A stretch of 32,000 nucleotides of DNA from an uncultured Methanosarcinales archaeon (GTDB lineage: Archaea > Nanobdellota > Nanobdellia > Woesearchaeales > JANQNQ01). The notes under the pieces were generated by a model that worked only from the letters and a program-made list of their open reading frames with translations, searched no databases and was not told the DNA's origin. Below, in pieces: positions 8,456 through 17,720 of the stretch; position 1 is the stretch's first letter; each line of letters starts with the position of its first letter. The DNA lies in assembly GCA_964550525.1 (NCBI GenBank), contig CAZJZJ010000002.1, positions 15,618 through 47,617 of the forward strand, read 5' to 3'. Position numbers and translations under genes: made by a program.

Positions 8456-8478
8456 ATTAGATAAGCCAGAAACATGCT

Positions 8479-10017
8479 ATGAAAGAAGATTTTAGTATGT
8501 ACAAGGACAAAGTTGACTTTAAACTAGTCCCAGAGATAAAAGAAAAAGAAGAAAAGATAGTTGAACAACTTGAAAAACAATTAACAAAAGCTATTGAAAA
8601 AAGAGCTTCTGGGAAAATAGGTGTTTTATTCTCTGGCGGCATAGATTCTACATTGATTGCAATGATCTTAAAAAAACTAGGACATGATTTCACTTGTTAT
8701 ACAGCAGCTTTGGATGACTCAAACCTTAAACAGCCGGAAGATTTAATTTACGCAGAAAAGGTTGCAAAAGAGCTTGGGTTTAAGTTAAAAGTTGTGAAAA
8801 TCAAATTAGGGCAAGTAGAAGAATATCTTAAAAAAATTATTCACATAATTAAAGATCCAAATGTAGTTAAGGTTGGTGTTGCACTGCCTATTTATTTTGC
8901 TTCTGAACAAGCTAAAAAAGATGGTTGCAGAGTTGTTTTCTCTGGTCTTGGAAGTGAAGAAATCTTTGCAGGCTATCAACGGCATCGTGAAACAAAGAAT
9001 ATTAATCAAGAGTGTTTGAATGGTCTAAAATTAATGTATAAAAGAGATTTAACAAGGGACAGCGCAATCGCAGAACACCTTGGTATAGATTTAATGTGTC
9101 CTTTCCTTGACAAAGATCTTGTAGAATACTCTTTAAGGATTCCTGCAAAATATAAAATCAGAAATGGGCAGCAAAAGCACATTATTAGGCAGGTAGGTAA
9201 AAAACTTGGACTAAAAAAAGAGTTTGCTGAGAGAAAAAAACGTGCAGCACAATATGGAAGTAACTTTCATAAAGCATTGATTAAACTTACTAAGAAGAAT
9301 AGATTCAACTATATCAAAGACTACTTAGCAACATTCTTTCCTTTAGGAGCTTTAATCAGTTCTGGTAAGGATAGCATATATGCAATGTATAAAATAATGA
9401 AACAAGGCTATAAAATTAATTGTTTAATTACTTTGAAAAGCAAAAACCCAGATTCATTCATGTTTCACACGCCTACAATTGACCTAGTTAAATTACAGGC
9501 AGAATCCGTAGGCATTCCTTTAATTGAACACAAAACAAAAGGTGAGGAAGAAAAAGAACTAACTGACCTAACTGCTGCTTTGGAAAAAGCAAAAAAACAA
9601 TACAATATCCAAGGGATTACTACAGGTGCCTTATTCTCTTCCTACCAAAAAAACAGAATAGAAAAAGTATGCGAGAAACTAAACCTAAAAGTCTTTTCTC
9701 CACTCTGGCACATGGACCAGGAGAAAGAAATTAGAGAGATAATTGATGCTGGTTTTAAGTTCATCATCACAAAGATCGCTGCTGAAGGTCTTGACAAAAC
9801 CTGGCTCGGCAAAGTGGTTGGTCATAAGGATGTTGATAAGTTAGTAGAGCTCAACAAGAAGATAGGCTTGAATATTAGCGGCGAAGGCGGCGAATTCGAA
9901 ACATTAATGGTGGATGGGCCGTGTTTTAGCAAGCCGATAAAGATTGTCAATTCTGAGATAGAGATGGAGAATGAACGGACTGGAAATTATAATATCATTA
10001 AAGCTGAGTTAGAATAA
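8479..10017 (+). CDS. Two-module PP-loop ATPase: asparagine-synthase-like domain fused to a diphthine-ammonia ligase (MJ0570/Dph6)-like domain
   Basis: N-terminal half: GVLFSGGIDS PP-loop, VVFSGLGSEEIFAGYQRH, MCPFLDKDLVEYSLRIP (AsnB C-domain pattern). C-terminal ~225 aa: ALISSGKDSIYAMY, ITTGALFSSYQKNRIE, GEGGEFETLVVD-like GEGGEFETLMVD (ATP_bind_4 pattern). Confidence 0.8.
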   Translation: MKEDFSMYKDKVDFKLVPEIKEKEEKIVEQLEKQLTKAIEKRASGKIGVLFSGGIDSTLIAMILKKLGHDFTCYTAALDDSNLKQPEDLIYAEKVAKELGFKLKVVKIKLGQVEEYLKKIIHIIKDPNVVKVGVALPIYFASEQAKKDGCRVVFSGLGSEEIFAGYQRHRETKNINQECLNGLKLMYKRDLTRDSAIAEHLGIDLMCPFLDKDLVEYSLRIPAKYKIRNGQQKHIIRQVGKKLGLKKEFAERKKRAAQYGSNFHKALIKLTKKNRFNYIKDYLATFFPLGALISSGKDSIYAMYKIMKQGYKINCLITLKSKNPDSFMFHTPTIDLVKLQAESVGIPLIEHKTKGEEEKELTDLTAALEKAKKQYNIQGITTGALFSSYQKNRIEKVCEKLNLKVFSPLWHMDQEKEIREIIDAGFKFIITKIAAEGLDKTWLGKVVGHKDVDKLVELNKKIGLNISGEGGEFETLMVDGPCFSKPIKIVNSEIEMENERTGNYNIIKAELE

Positions 10018-10095
10018 TCTCCTTGATGGGACTATAACTACCTCTAAATAGCAACTGAGAAAAGCTTTAAATATAACTTGTTCTTTCCATTCATT

Positions 10096-10467
10096 ATGCT
10101 TAAAGGACATAGTAGATTATTGGCTGTAGCACATGTTGGGGAGAACAAAGTATTAGAACTACCTGGAATTAAGCCTGTTACCACATTGGATGAGATTAAA
10201 GAATTAGATGGTACGAGTCTAATCTTACTTAGTTCTGATAAGAGTACGCTTGAATATATTGAGATGGCTAGAACAGGATCAATTGTTAATAATATAGGTG
10301 ACCCACGAGTAAGTGTCCATGGTGCAAAAAGTTATTTTCTTAAGTATAATTGGGTTGGTATGAACTTTGGATCTTCATATGTTCCACAAGTAGGTACAAC
10401 AGAAATTACATCTCAAGATGTTAAACAAGGGAATGTTTATTTAGATACTTACCCGGAAGAATCTTAA
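10096..10467 (+). CDS. Hypothetical protein (123 aa)
   Basis: First ATG of the ORF. No motif recognised. Confidence 0.45.
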   Translation: MLKGHSRLLAVAHVGENKVLELPGIKPVTTLDEIKELDGTSLILLSSDKSTLEYIEMARTGSIVNNIGDPRVSVHGAKSYFLKYNWVGMNFGSSYVPQVGTTEITSQDVKQGNVYLDTYPEES

Positions 10468-10502
10468 GTAATTATACTTCTACTCATAAAAAAAGCACAA
10501 CT

Positions 10503-11573
10503 CTAAAACTCAGTCAACTTCTTCTCTTGTTTTTTGTACTTTACTATTGTTGTATTGCCTTCAGAACCAGTTACTTTCTCTGTTTTAATGAACTTTGCTT
10601 TAGCTAAAGAAGCAATCATTCTTTGGAAAGACTTATAACTTCTTTGTCCACCTTCTTCAAGGTACTTCTTATGTAAATCTCCAATCTTGCTTTCTGGGAA
10701 ACGTTTGACTATATTCAAAACAAACCTTTTCTCATCTTCTAAATCAGTTGACTTCTTTATTGAGTATTCATCTAATTTTGCAAACGCCTTATTTACATGC
10801 TCAATATTGATCTTTCTTGAAGAAGCATCTTCAGCAGCAAGCCCTGACTCACGCATTAAGTATAGACCAGCTCTTATATCCAGCAATTTAGATGCTTTGC
10901 TTGTTACTGCATTAAAAGCATCCTCTTCCCATACACCTGGTACAAATGCGTATTCTTTCCTTTGTTTAAGTATACCTTTAGTTTCAGCTGGATTATATGG
11001 TTTGAACTCCATTATTTCAGCTGTCAACCTTGACCTGATACGTTCATCTAGATTATCAATCCAGTTTTTATAATTAGTAATCAAGATAATTGTTTTCCTG
11101 TAAACATCTTCTAGAAGAGAGTATAGAATATCAAACTCCTTAAGCTTGTCAACTTCATCAAAAACAAGTACAACAGAATTCTTGTTAAGTTTCTCTTTTA
11201 CAATATTGAACAACTGCTCTGTTTTTTTGTTCTGTGTAAACTTATATCCAATATAATCACAAATCTCCATAATGATCTTATGGCTTGTATCCTTTTGCCA
11301 GCAATTAACATAGATTGGAACTATCTCATCAGTTGTTTCTTCTAATTCCTGTAAAACATGTCTGCAAGCAACAGTCTTACCTACACCAGGCAAACCATGG
11401 ATCAGAATATTCCTTCCGTTCATCTTATTGAACAAAGGTTTGATACAAGCAGCAATCCTTTTTTGCTGAATCTCTCTAAATGGAACTAGTTTAGGAATAA
11501 AATTAAAATCTAGAGCTACCTCATTCTTGAATAAAGATTCTCCTGCCCCCAGCATGTCCTTGAATAAACTCAT
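10503..11573 (-). CDS. cdc6: Orc1/Cdc6 replication initiator (AAA+ plus winged helix)
   Basis: Walker A HGLPGVGKT, Walker B VLVFDEVD, and a C-terminal winged-helix-like tail. Length is 356 aa. Confidence 0.9.
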   Translation of the reverse strand: MSLFKDMLGAGESLFKNEVALDFNFIPKLVPFREIQQKRIAACIKPLFNKMNGRNILIHGLPGVGKTVACRHVLQELEETTDEIVPIYVNCWQKDTSHKIIMEICDYIGYKFTQNKKTEQLFNIVKEKLNKNSVVLVFDEVDKLKEFDILYSLLEDVYRKTIILITNYKNWIDNLDERIRSRLTAEIMEFKPYNPAETKGILKQRKEYAFVPGVWEEDAFNAVTSKASKLLDIRAGLYLMRESGLAAEDASSRKINIEHVNKAFAKLDEYSIKKSTDLEDEKRFVLNIVKRFPESKIGDLHKKYLEEGGQRSYKSFQRMIASLAKAKFIKTEKVTGSEGNTTIVKYKKQEKKLTEF

Positions 11574-11582
11574 TTTATTACT

Positions 11583-11903
11583 TTATATTACTTTAGTGCC
11601 GCAATTCGGACAAAAACGATCTACTCCCCTCAAAGGAAACCTGCAATAATTACATCTTTCACCAATGTTTTTGTGCACAACTTTTTTATGCATACGGCCA
11701 TGCACCTTTTCAATCTTTTTGTTAACCCTTCTTTGTTGGAATTTCCTTAAGACAATCTTAGGCAAACCCCAAGCTACAAACATCATACCAGCATAATAAA
11801 ACACTGTTAACTGGTCAGTACCCCTGCTCTTATCCAAGTAATAAGCAGCTGCAGATAATGCTACCCCTATAAATACATGCACCCACCCTGATATGTATGC
11901 CAT
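11583..11903 (-). CDS. Membrane protein with C-terminal zinc ribbon
   Basis: Two TM segments, then CNYCRFPL..FCPNCG. It lies 9 nt upstream of cdc6 and 12 nt downstream of serS, so an operon is likely. Confidence 0.6.
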   Translation of the reverse strand: MAYISGWVHVFIGVALSAAAYYLDKSRGTDQLTVFYYAGMMFVAWGLPKIVLRKFQQRRVNKKIEKVHGRMHKKVVHKNIGERCNYCRFPLRGVDRFCPNCGTKVI

Positions 11904-11915
11904 AATAACCCCTTT

Positions 11916-13193
11916 TTACTCTTTAACTATCTTCTTAAACGGTAAATATTTATGTAAAACCTTAGGAACTAAAATCGTGCCATCTTTCTGTTGGAAATTC
12001 TCAAGTATAGCGCAGATAGCTCTTGAAGTTGCAATAACAGTACTGTTCAAAGTATGTGCAACAACCTTTTCACCGCCTTCTTTACCTATCTTAATATTCA
12101 ATTTCCTTGCTTGATAGCTTGTACAATTAGAACAGCTTACCATCTCTCTGTATTTGCCTTGTGCAGGGAACCATACCTCTAGATCATACTTCTTTGCAGC
12201 TACACTACCCATATCACCTGTACAGACATTCACTATCCTGTAAGGCAGACCTAGTTTCAGAAAGATCTCTTCAGCATTCTTGATTAGCTCTTTATGTAGT
12301 TCCCATGATTTTTTTGGATGGCAAAAGATAAACTGTTCAATCTTATTGAACTGGTGTACTCTGAATATGCCTTTAGTGTCTTTACCATGGCTACCTGCTT
12401 CTTTCCTGAAACAAGGGCTTACACCTGCGTACTTAAGCGGAGCTTTATCAATATCAATAGTTTCATCCATATGCAAAGCAGCTAAACTATGTTCAGAGGT
12501 TGCAACGAGATACAGGTCTTCTCCTTCAACCTTATATAGTACATCCTCGAAATCTGCGAGTGTAACAGCTCCTTCCATAGGTTTTCTTTTAATCATGAAT
12601 GGCGGTTCAGTAAGCTTGTATCCTTTCTTGTGCATGAAGTCTAAAGCAAACTTTTGTAATGCAATGTCCAACATTGTAAGTTGTGTATTCAGATAATAAA
12701 ACCTTGAACCAGCTACTTTAGCAGCTCTTTCCAGATCTATTAGGTTAAGTTCTTCGCATATGTCTGCATGTGCTTTAGGTGGGAAACCTAGTTTAGGTCT
12801 TTTTCCACCAGTCTTAATCTCTTGATTATCATTCTCATCTTTACCTACAGGTACAGATTCATGTAGAATATTAGGCAACCTCATCATATAGAAAACAATC
12901 TTATCCTTAAGCTGCTCTATCCTGTTTTCTGCTTGATCAATCTTCTTAGGCAGTTCTTTTAGCTCTTTAATCTTAGCTGAGATATCCTTTTTTTCTTTCT
13001 TTAGTTGAGCTATCTCTTTGTTGATAGTGTTTTTACTATGTTTTAGATTCTGCAAATCATAAGTCTGTTTTCTATATGCAGCATCTTTCTTAAGAAGATC
13101 ATCTACCCATTCAATCTTGTCTTCTTGACCTCTTTTCTTCAGGTCATTCTTGACAATCTCAGGATTCTCTCTTATAAGTCTAATATCAAGCAT
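11916..13193 (-). CDS. serS: Seryl-tRNA synthetase
   Basis: Start set at MLDIRLIRENPE (ATG 13193), preceded by TAGGAGGGG. It has an N-terminal coiled-coil arm and class-II motifs FRKEAGSHGKDTKGIFRVHQF and TLNSTVIATSR. Confidence 0.93.
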   Translation of the reverse strand: MLDIRLIRENPEIVKNDLKKRGQEDKIEWVDDLLKKDAAYRKQTYDLQNLKHSKNTINKEIAQLKKEKKDISAKIKELKELPKKIDQAENRIEQLKDKIVFYMMRLPNILHESVPVGKDENDNQEIKTGGKRPKLGFPPKAHADICEELNLIDLERAAKVAGSRFYYLNTQLTMLDIALQKFALDFMHKKGYKLTEPPFMIKRKPMEGAVTLADFEDVLYKVEGEDLYLVATSEHSLAALHMDETIDIDKAPLKYAGVSPCFRKEAGSHGKDTKGIFRVHQFNKIEQFIFCHPKKSWELHKELIKNAEEIFLKLGLPYRIVNVCTGDMGSVAAKKYDLEVWFPAQGKYREMVSCSNCTSYQARKLNIKIGKEGGEKVVAHTLNSTVIATSRAICAILENFQQKDGTILVPKVLHKYLPFKKIVKE

Positions 13194-13311
13194 AACTTCC
13201 CCTCCTAAGACTGAAATGTGGTTAATGGATATAAAAAGGTTTTGGAAATCTTTGATTTTCAGGACCTTAGAAAATCTATTTGATTTTTGTAAGGTTGTGG
13301 AAAAAGGTATT

Positions 13312-13635
13312 TTACCCTGGCCTAGGTTGTGGCGTGGCCTGACTAGCTTGATCACTCCTAAAGAAATCCTTGAATGCTTTTTTAAATGAATAGTATAATA
13401 CTCCAATTGCTAAACCAAAGAATACTGTTGGAACAATTGCAACAGCAGCAGTCATATATGGTGCTGCAGAAGCTGATAAACCTAAACCATAGGTTATTGC
13501 AGTACCTATTGATTGATACCAAGGCATAGCATAACATGCTGTTAAAGCAGCAGCTCCAGTGCCTACTGCAAAAGTGTCTAGACCATAATCAATTCTTTGT
13601 TCTAAACTCTGTTGCCCATTTGGTTGTGGTGGCAT
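13312..13635 (-). CDS. Small Gly/Ala-rich membrane protein
   Basis: Length is 107 aa with hydrophobic G/A-rich segments. TATA-like TTTATAAATA lies about 30 nt upstream. Confidence 0.5.
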   Translation of the reverse strand: MPPQPNGQQSLEQRIDYGLDTFAVGTGAAALTACYAMPWYQSIGTAITYGLGLSASAAPYMTAAVAIVPTVFFGLAIGVLYYSFKKAFKDFFRSDQASQATPQPRPG

Positions 13636-13851
13636 ATTAATGCATAATAGATGCCTCTTATTTATAAATCTTTCGGTGTTAACTACTCAAAAGTAACACA
13701 AAGAGGTAAATTTAAATATGGGTAAACATATACTTCAATACAACAATATATATAAACTCAAAACACCATATATTTATTTTAACTGTGAGGGTTGCTTTAT
13801 TTTGCGCTATGCTACCGCAGTTGTACAGTGTTTGGATAGGAAGCAACTAAA

Positions 13852-14787
13852 ATGGAACTGCAACTTCATGGCTTGAATGGTAGTGAAAGCCCGGATGTTT
13901 TTCTTAGTGACCTTGTTGTCCTAGGCAGAGATCCAACTCATTCAGATGATAGAGAAAACGCAAATTCTCAGGCTTGGAAAGAACTTTGTATTGACTCAAT
14001 TCTAGAGACGTTACATCATCCTGGTGTAAGAAAGGAAGATGTAGATTTTTTTAATTATGTCTTAAAAAATGATGATTTGACTTATAAAGATCTGGCTGTT
14101 ATCTTTGATTATATGGCTAAGTTTGATTATAAAGATTACTTTGCAGCTGAGATGTTTTATCATGACCAAAGCGATAATATAAATGGAAGAGGAGATTTGT
14201 TCCATCAATTGTTTGATAAGCTTACGGCTGTTTTTGAAGTTACTGGAAAAGAAAGAGAACACATCAGAAAACAGATAGAGATTAAGAAATTCTATATTGA
14301 ATCTCTTCTTTTGCATAAAGCAAATTTAGAGGAATGTTTATCTGAGCATTGGAGTATAGTTAAAACAAAACATCACGATTATATTGGAGAGGATAAATCT
14401 CCTGAATACCATCTTCCTGTAGAAGAAATAAGTGGTATAGACCCTGATTGGATTGATCATTGTAAGATTTATGTTCTTGTGAAAAGCAATGGTGCAGACC
14501 AGAAAATGCATGCAAAAGATGTCATGGATAATGGTTTATCTCTACTTGGTGAAGTAATGAAGGACAAATATATTCATCTTGTTGGGGATATGGTTAAAGG
14601 AACAGCTGTTTGGTTTAGAGACCATGGTACAGAATGGATGCAGGAAAACCTTTCACATTTAGAGCAAGAAGGAATCATGCCTATCGAAAGAGCAACCTTA
14701 GTAATAAGAAAAAACGGAGAATCCCATTATTTCACTTTCCATTACAACCCTCAAGAAAAGGAGCAAACATATTCTACATCACAATAA
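13852..14787 (+). CDS. Hypothetical protein (311 aa), orphan
   Basis: Long ORF in an AT-rich genome. No motif recognised. An in-frame stop lies 15 nt upstream of the ATG. Confidence 0.6.
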   Translation: MELQLHGLNGSESPDVFLSDLVVLGRDPTHSDDRENANSQAWKELCIDSILETLHHPGVRKEDVDFFNYVLKNDDLTYKDLAVIFDYMAKFDYKDYFAAEMFYHDQSDNINGRGDLFHQLFDKLTAVFEVTGKEREHIRKQIEIKKFYIESLLLHKANLEECLSEHWSIVKTKHHDYIGEDKSPEYHLPVEEISGIDPDWIDHCKIYVLVKSNGADQKMHAKDVMDNGLSLLGEVMKDKYIHLVGDMVKGTAVWFRDHGTEWMQENLSHLEQEGIMPIERATLVIRKNGESHYFTFHYNPQEKEQTYSTSQ

Positions 14788-14888
14788 TCTTTATATATTA
14801 AAAACACCAATATCTATACTAGTATGCAATTTGAGCTAAATATTTCTATCTAATTGGCTTATTTAACTAGTGTGAGGTGTACAGGAAA

Positions 14889-15035
14889 ATGAATCTCAAA
14901 AAAATCGCTTATATGAACTCAACAAAATTCAGTAAATTCTCTGTTGTAAACGGATTCAAGTTGTACAGGCAGCCAATGATGATGCGTGCTTCTAGGCTTA
15001 CTAAACTAAGGCGTTCTTTGCATAGAGCTTCCTAA
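14889..15035 (+). CDS. Hypothetical 48-aa basic protein (below the ORF-track cutoff)
   Basis: GAGGTG (14874-14879) lies 9 nt before the ATG. Hand translation: MNLKKIAYMNSTKFSKFSVVNGFKLYRQPMMMRASRLTKLRRSLHRAS. Its 3' end overlaps the convergent PIN-ATPase gene by 4 nt. Confidence 0.3.
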   Translation: MNLKKIAYMNSTKFSKFSVVNGFKLYRQPMMMRASRLTKLRRSLHRAS

Positions 15036-16867
15036 CCAACAACCAATTTAACATCTTCTTTTTTAGAAACAGCTTCAGCAAGCATTCTGGCCATCTTGTT
15101 CTTTTTGTTTAGTTTAATGCAGCCTGTTTTGCCTACTTTTGCAGTTAGAATGAATTCATCATTTAAGAAAATATCTACATCCTTGTATTTATAAGCAGTA
15201 TCAAGGAAGAATATAAGATGTTTCTTAGTAATCTGGCTCTCAAAACCAACAGCACCTTTATTTCCACTTGGACTAACCTTTTGCTCTGGCGTTAATTCCT
15301 GTATATCAATACTTAAACCAAGCTGTTTTTCAATCTCTGTTATACGTTTGCCTTGCCTGCCAATAATCTTAGAAATATCCTTTTCAGGCACATAGACAAC
15401 TGCTTTATGGTCAGATACAACATCCACTTTTACATTATCAACAATGTTACTAAAGAATTTTTCAACATGTTCACTAGCCAACTTTTGTGCACCTGTTTTT
15501 TGGCCAGCAGCATCTTTAACAGGTATTACTACAGTCTGTTCTCCATAAGTATAAATTTCATATTCTAGTTGATTGTCTTCAAAATTATTTACAACAACTA
15601 CAGGCCTTGCTAGATCAGCTTCTGTCATACCTGTTGGCACTTTTACAGTCATGTTGAGAGATAATACTCTATCAATTCCACCGTTCTTAATAAAAATCAC
15701 AGTATCAATAATCTGAGGGATTACACCCATCTCTACTCTTCCCAAAAAACGCTGGATTGCATCGATTGGATTAGTTGCATGCACTACACCAACCATACCT
15801 ACTCCTGCTAATCTCATATCAGCGAACAACTTGAAATCATTTGTATTACGCATCTCATCAAAGATAGTGTAATCTGGCCTAGATAATAGTAATATATCAT
15901 GTATCTCTTGTGCATCTCCATGACTAATAGCATATTGAGTTATACTTTCTGGCAGGATAAGGTCTCTAGGTGCTTCAACTGTCTTTACAATCTTATCTTT
16001 GCTTGCATAAAACTCAGATATAGCTTGTGCAAAAGTGCTTTTACCCATACCAGGAGCCCCTGCAACTAATACACCTTCCGCCTGCTCACCAATACGTTCC
16101 ATTAATTTCTCAGATAATTTATAATCCTCTAAAGTAAGCCTTCTTACAGGCCTAACAGCAGTAATCTCCCATCCGTCTGAAAACGGTGGCTTGGTTATTA
16201 CAATTCTGTACAATCCTAATTGAACTATAGTTGAACCTGCTCTTTCTATCTCAATAAAACCATCATGCCTTAATTTAGCATCTTCAATAATTTCCCTGGA
16301 AATATCTTGCACTTCTTCCTGGCTTAATACTTTTTTCCTTAAAGCTACAAATTTCCAGCCACCTGGTCTGCCTTTTTTAGCTACAGGCTGTACTTCTTCC
16401 CTAAGATGTACACTCATTGTTTCCTTGTCAAAGAATTTCTCTAACTTTAGTTTCCTTATTGCGCTTTCTGGCTTGAAAAAAATTACTTTCATGCCTTTAG
16501 CTTCAGCTACTCTGCTTTGAACATGGTCAGAAGTGATCAAAGTTGCCCCCTGTTCCCAGGCAAGTTGCCTAATCATAGCATCAATCTCACCTAAAGTAGC
16601 ATATTTTATCTCAACAGCTTTAGGCCTATTCCCTAGATACTCAAGTTCAAACCCTTTTTCCTCAGAAAGAAGTTTTATCCTCTTAATCTCATCTAGGCCT
16701 AAAAAACCAATTGCTTTCCCTTGATTAGCCTGATGCTCTAATTCAGCGATTACAGCCTCATGAATAATAACTTTCTGGACCTTAAACTGCTTCTTCTTAA
16801 TCTTATGTGATACTAAACCCTCTATAAGTATAGAAGTATCTGGAACAAGTAATTCTATTTCTTGCAT
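15032..16867 (-). CDS. PIN-domain / PilT-like ATPase / KH-domain protein (COG1855-type)
   Basis: N-terminal PIN (LVPDTSILIEG), Walker A GAPGMGKST, C-terminal KH (ISKIIGRQGKRITEIEKQLG). Strong AAGGGGTGA SD. Confidence 0.85.
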   Translation of the reverse strand: MQEIELLVPDTSILIEGLVSHKIKKKQFKVQKVIIHEAVIAELEHQANQGKAIGFLGLDEIKRIKLLSEEKGFELEYLGNRPKAVEIKYATLGEIDAMIRQLAWEQGATLITSDHVQSRVAEAKGMKVIFFKPESAIRKLKLEKFFDKETMSVHLREEVQPVAKKGRPGGWKFVALRKKVLSQEEVQDISREIIEDAKLRHDGFIEIERAGSTIVQLGLYRIVITKPPFSDGWEITAVRPVRRLTLEDYKLSEKLMERIGEQAEGVLVAGAPGMGKSTFAQAISEFYASKDKIVKTVEAPRDLILPESITQYAISHGDAQEIHDILLLSRPDYTIFDEMRNTNDFKLFADMRLAGVGMVGVVHATNPIDAIQRFLGRVEMGVIPQIIDTVIFIKNGGIDRVLSLNMTVKVPTGMTEADLARPVVVVNNFEDNQLEYEIYTYGEQTVVIPVKDAAGQKTGAQKLASEHVEKFFSNIVDNVKVDVVSDHKAVVYVPEKDISKIIGRQGKRITEIEKQLGLSIDIQELTPEQKVSPSGNKGAVGFESQITKKHLIFFLDTAYKYKDVDIFLNDEFILTAKVGKTGCIKLNKKNKMARMLAEAVSKKEDVKLVVG

Positions 16868-17157
16868 AATTCACCCCTTTTATGTCATTTTATGAGCTGG
16901 AACTTTATAAATCTTACTATTCCGAAACATTTATAAACTTAGTCTAACCTATTTCTACAACATGAAAATAAACACTATTGCTAAAATTGCAATTCTTTCA
17001 ATAGTGATTATCCTGATTATATAGAATTCTTAGGTTCCAGGTGCCTGACAAGTGCCTGTAACTGAGGCGTTGTTTCCCAAGATAAGGTTTTATTCTTTTT
17101 TCACAAAAAAGCGGTGAGGTGTTTAAGATCACAGATAATCATGAGGAGGATAAGAAA

Positions 17158-17637
17158 ATGAGAAGTGTAAGTTTAGATCAAAAATTGGCTGAAATCACTG
17201 TTCCAGCTGGTGTTTTAGAATCATGGGCAAGGAATCACAGAGATGAAATCTATGCAGACGAGCTGTATCTGCATCTGATTGCAGATGAAAACGATATTCA
17301 TCTGAAAAAAGCTAAAAAACTTATAGGCAATTTCATTGGTGGGAAATATAGAGGTACAAGGTATGTTACACAAGATATGAATTCTCTAGGTCCAGCAAAG
17401 CATACTTTTGCACGATTTACATTCAAGGAAAAGGTTGATGTAGATCAATTATACCATCTAATGCTTTCTGTAGGTTGTAGTTTTGAGATTCTTTCAGCAG
17501 GTTTTAAAGACTACTTAGGTAGGTTTGCTTTTAAGAGAAGAAATGTTACTGTAGATTTTTTAGATACAGGACATTATTCTTTAAGACATCATACAGCAGC
17601 CTATGTTATGAATCCAGAACTAAAACCAAAATCCTAA
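17158..17637 (+). CDS. Hypothetical protein (159 aa from ATG 17158; alternative GTG at 17119)
   Basis: GAGGAGG lies 10 nt before ATG 17158. No motif recognised. It sits directly upstream of the carboxyltransferase gene. Confidence 0.55.
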   Translation: MRSVSLDQKLAEITVPAGVLESWARNHRDEIYADELYLHLIADENDIHLKKAKKLIGNFIGGKYRGTRYVTQDMNSLGPAKHTFARFTFKEKVDVDQLYHLMLSVGCSFEILSAGFKDYLGRFAFKRRNVTVDFLDTGHYSLRHHTAAYVMNPELKPKS

Positions 17638-17720
17638 TTTTTTTCTTCTTTTTCTTTCTAATCGCAACCTTTTTAAACACTCAAAAATTCACCAAATAAG
17701 CATACGGAGCGGAGATATTT

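Noticed and set aside
10687-11073. Antisense shadow ORFs inside well-supported genes. Examples: 981..1310, 1219..1431, 3333..3566, 4524..4766, 6611..6853, 8457..8693, 8806..9009, 10687..11073, 12280..12696, 13150..13389, 14062..14316, 15353..15568, 16533..16724, 17681..17905, 19040..19487, 19351..19542, 19564..19773, 19997..20185, 20318..20548, 20719..21006, 22449..22876, 23957..24244, 25949..26131, 26518..26745, 28324..28855 and 29245..29541.
   Set aside because: Each lies opposite a longer ORF with clear family motifs or an SD. Their translations are low-complexity (Ser/Leu/Phe/Ile-rich) and none has its own SD.
10468-11582. Replication origin expected next to orc1/cdc6
   Set aside because: The gene is packed in an operon, with a 9-nt upstream gap and a 35-nt downstream gap. 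Neither gap contains an AT-rich unwinding region or repeated boxes. Only the distant 7008-7107 motif cluster has any resemblance to origin boxes, and that resemblance is weak.
13194-13406. N-terminal 71-aa extension of the serS ORF (track start 13406)
   Set aside because: The canonical SerRS N-terminus MLDIRLIRENPE starts at ATG 13193, right after TAGGAGGGG. The extension also overlaps the 3' end of the separate membrane-protein gene 13312..13635.
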